A stretch of 63,858 nucleotides of DNA, counting the filler, from Lenisia limosa (taxonomy: Eukaryota; Protista; Breviatea), in assembly GCA_001655205.1 (NCBI GenBank). It is 13 parts of 13 records of this genome, joined end to end, with 100 filler letters (N's around TTAATTAATTAA, not from the genome) between each part and the next. Parts side by side here need not be neighbours in the genome. Positions count along the whole stretch, not along the records: positions 60,415 to 63,858 come from LPNZ01009999.1; 12 more parts are not named here. One strand, written 5' to 3'. A model generated the notes under the pieces. It did not search any database, was not told the origin of the DNA, and saw only the letters and a list, made by a program, of their open reading frames with translations. Below are positions 60,950 to 63,858 of this stretch, piece by piece. A program made the translations under genes and the position numbers. How positions within the stretch are numbered: position 1 is the first letter of the stretch; every line of letters starts with the position of its first letter.

Positions 60950-63450
60950 TGAAGATGATGGGAGAAATACGGCTGCGGAAATTGACTCCAAAAGCGGGGA
61001 GTTGCCAGCCGAAGCCGCCGTAATCCCCAGAGTGCTTGGTATGAACCGGAAGTGGAAACTCAAAGGCTCGGCCTGGACCAGTGGATTATAAAATAGGTCT
61101 TCGCCTTCCCGGCGAAATTTCTTTGTTTGGAAGCCATAAATATGACAATTCACATGAAAATTAAATTACCGAATTAAAGGGTATAACATGCATTTATCAA
61201 AAGAATTTAATCAAAGAAATGCGTAGGATCAGTCCAAGACACCTCCCCCCCTCCCCCCACAAGTTCCACCTGGACACGAAATATGACAGCCTCGGACTTG
61301 ACTCCCCCTGCAAAGAGCCACTTTTCGTCCGAAGAGACCTGAAGTTATTGAGTGTTAATAAATATATAGCAATGAGAAATAAAAAATAAGGATGTATCTG
61401 ACCGAAGCCGTCCACACCGTTACGTATATTGGATATCTCCTACCTTGTGAAATCGCCAAAAACATGTAATTGTAAGTGTCCTATCACCAACACTACCACC
61501 ACCACCATCATCATCATCACCACCACCACTATCATCATTACCATCATCCTCACCAGAGCTCCATTCTTCGGTCATAAAATTGACAATTTTTTTCAATAAA
61601 TCTTCGAAATATATCAATATTTTATTGGTCTTTTTTTACTCGTCTTTTTGAACCCAAAACTCAGCACATACCTCCACTACGCGGACCCCGGACATAGCTC
61701 CACTACGCGGACCCCGGACATAACTCCACTATGCGGACCCCGGACATACCTCCATGACACGGACCCCAGAAAGAGTCTCATCAACCTTCAGCCGCTGTAC
61801 CAACGTCCACGACTTTCCATCAACTGACCTCCTCCTATGGGAAAGGCGGAGTAAAATTGGAAAAATTTATGAAACAAAAAACCCCAAAATCAACTCTGTT
61901 GGCTAATAACATACGAGGGTTGAAAACAACAAAACAAAGCCCCAGGCCAGTCGTTTCTGCAGCCCGCATCCCATCACTCCAGTAAAAATTGAATATTTAA
62001 GACACAAAAATCCCAGAATCCTCTATAATAGGGGGGGGGGGGAGAAAACTGAAAATGTTAAGAAACAACNNNNNNNNNNNNNNNNNNNNNNNNNNNNNNN
62101 NNNNNNNNNNNNNNNNNNNNNNNNNNNNNNNNNNNNNNNNNNNNNNNNNNNTAGGCATTTGAGAAAAACACAAAAAAAATACATGTACAACAAACAAAAA
62201 CCCATTGAAGTCGCTTCTGAAGCACCGCATCCATGAATCCAGGGGTGGGGAAATTAGTAGAATGAGAAATAAATATGTACAAGAAATGTGATGTATTCAA
62301 TTATGGCTGCTATTGGCTGTTTCCCCTACTGCTTTCTGTATATTGGAACGGGTTTGTGGGTTCTCTATACTGGTCCCTTCTACCTCTTTCAGACCTGGTG
62401 CATTTTGAAACTATGATTTTTTAAATGCTACTATTCTCTTACATTTATATACCGTCTACACCATTATCAATATAAAATTGGTCATATAGAATAATGGCAG
62501 GGGATATTTTCCAACAGAAATAAAAAAAAAGAGGAGGTAAAGAGGCTATGTTGACGAGGGAGGGAGGTGAACGTAGTAAAATGCCATTATTTATAGACTA
62601 AAAAAAACAAAAAAAACACTTCTATTGAGGGGTGAATTAGGCATGATATGATGCGCTGACAATGTGTATTGACTGACCAGGAATATCGCACTCAATACTT
62701 GTCTTGGTATCCATAAACGTGATAGACATCTTTCTTATGTTCATTAAAGTGATTTGTCGACATTGTTGTGATGTACATAAAGGTGAAAGGTATTTGTGAT
62801 GTCACAAAAAAATAAAAACAGTTTATGCAAACGTATTATTGTATATTATACATGCATATATAGCCCCACCTGAACACCCGAATATAGCCGTCATGAGCAG
62901 CAGAGACTAAATAGCGTCCTTCGTCAAGGAACGCCAGTCCTGACACCTTGCCACCATGTCCTCCGATCGTTTGTCGAAGCTCAAGGCTTGCCTAGGGATT
63001 AAAAACGGCTTCCAATACTATCACCAACCTCGTTTGAAGCAAATGAGAATACTAATGATGGGAACAGGGCGAGAAGAAGGAAGAGAAGAGCAGGGATAAA
63101 AGCCAATTTCATAACTGTTTTGTCTTCTCGTGAGTAGACCATACCACTAAGCGGCAGATCCCCTCTTCTACCAACAATACAACTACTTTCCTCCTATTTT
63201 GGTGCTAAAAGAACGAGATTTTGGACAAAAAAATCAAAAGACCTTTCCCGGCGGCACTGTTGCCGTTCTGTGTTTGCGTTTACTTTTGCACTTTCCGACC
63301 TTCTACTGACACATTTCACACAGATATCACTAATTAAAACTAATAAACTGACCCTCACTCTCTTCACTGGACTAAGAACGCAACACATAGGACCACCTCG
63401 AATACTGGCTCTGTGAGTTAAGGTTGGCTTCTGGTGACTCATGATATCTT
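60950..63450 (-). CDS. WD40-repeat protein, partial
   Basis: Exons read QTIGGHGGKVSGLAFLDEGRYLVSAAHDGYIRVF and SWTLVQRLKVDETLSGVRVME|VSSDEKWLFAGG. Confidence 0.6.
61666..61768 (-). repeat. 26-bp tandem repeat spanning a splice donor
   Basis: Unit ACATA(C/G/A)CTCCACTACGCGGACCCCGG starts at 61666, 61692, 61718 and 61744. Confidence 0.9.
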
Positions 63451-63858
63451 TTCAGCTTGATGATGAATGGGAAATGCTTTAACACGGTCGATCTTATCAT
63501 ATTACGAAATTCTGTTTCCAAAATAACCAAAGCCCAGATTGATGAATTTATATTATACTATAACAAGAGTGTGGATGGCTTCGGCCAGATGCAAACTTAT
63601 TTTTTATTTCTCAATGCTGTATTATAAGATAAGTGTATTGTTCTGTTTCCCCAAGGTAGATTTTCTTCTTTTCCAGAGTTTGTACACTAACCTCACCCGA
63701 GAGGCTCTGATACTAGTTTCAATAGAGACTTTGCAAAACAAAAACAGAAGAAAAAAAAAACAATGTTCTTCACAATTTCAGACTAAAATGGTACGCATCA
63801 GAGAATTCCCAATGTAGTGGCCTGGGAAAATGAGCGACCGAATGAGCGACAAGATGAA

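Noticed and set aside
61666-61768. CRISPR array (also considered for the 38-bp and 44-bp repeats)
   Set aside because: Units are directly adjacent with no unique spacers, no cas genes are present, and the context is a eukaryotic intron.
61900-61985. Pol III A/B-box promoter in family A (TGGAGTGATGG; TTTCAACCC)
   Set aside because: Both matches are partial, and multiple T4+ runs in the sense strand would terminate Pol III.

Overview
This window is not one locus. It is about 13 unrelated contigs or scaffolds joined by artificial 100-nt linkers (44 N + TTAATTAATTAA + 44 N). Twelve pieces look like an intron-rich, flagellated eukaryote; I cannot name the taxon. By manual exon reconstruction they carry partial or complete genes for HYDIN, a TMX2-like protein, a CFAP119-like protein, an ankyrin-repeat protein, a LamG-like protein, an N-CoR/SNT1-like SANT protein, RMND5/GID2, an NT-C2 protein and a WD40 protein. 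There is also a giant single-pass receptor-like protein of roughly 4,300 aa (beta-repeats, LRR, REJ, GPS, TM). One piece (59027-60314) is bacterial and looks like a single two-gene integron-type cassette (unknown ORF + DEDDh exonuclease-BRCT) bounded by attC-like core sites. The most striking pattern is a family of C-tailed, 5'-truncated short repeats that sit in sense orientation right at 3' splice sites. Three copies are flanked by direct repeats that duplicate the AG|exon junction, suggesting a retroposon that targets and regenerates splice acceptors. Several MITE families and G-tract/C-tract intron ends are also present. All gene calls rest on remembered family motifs; no searches were run.
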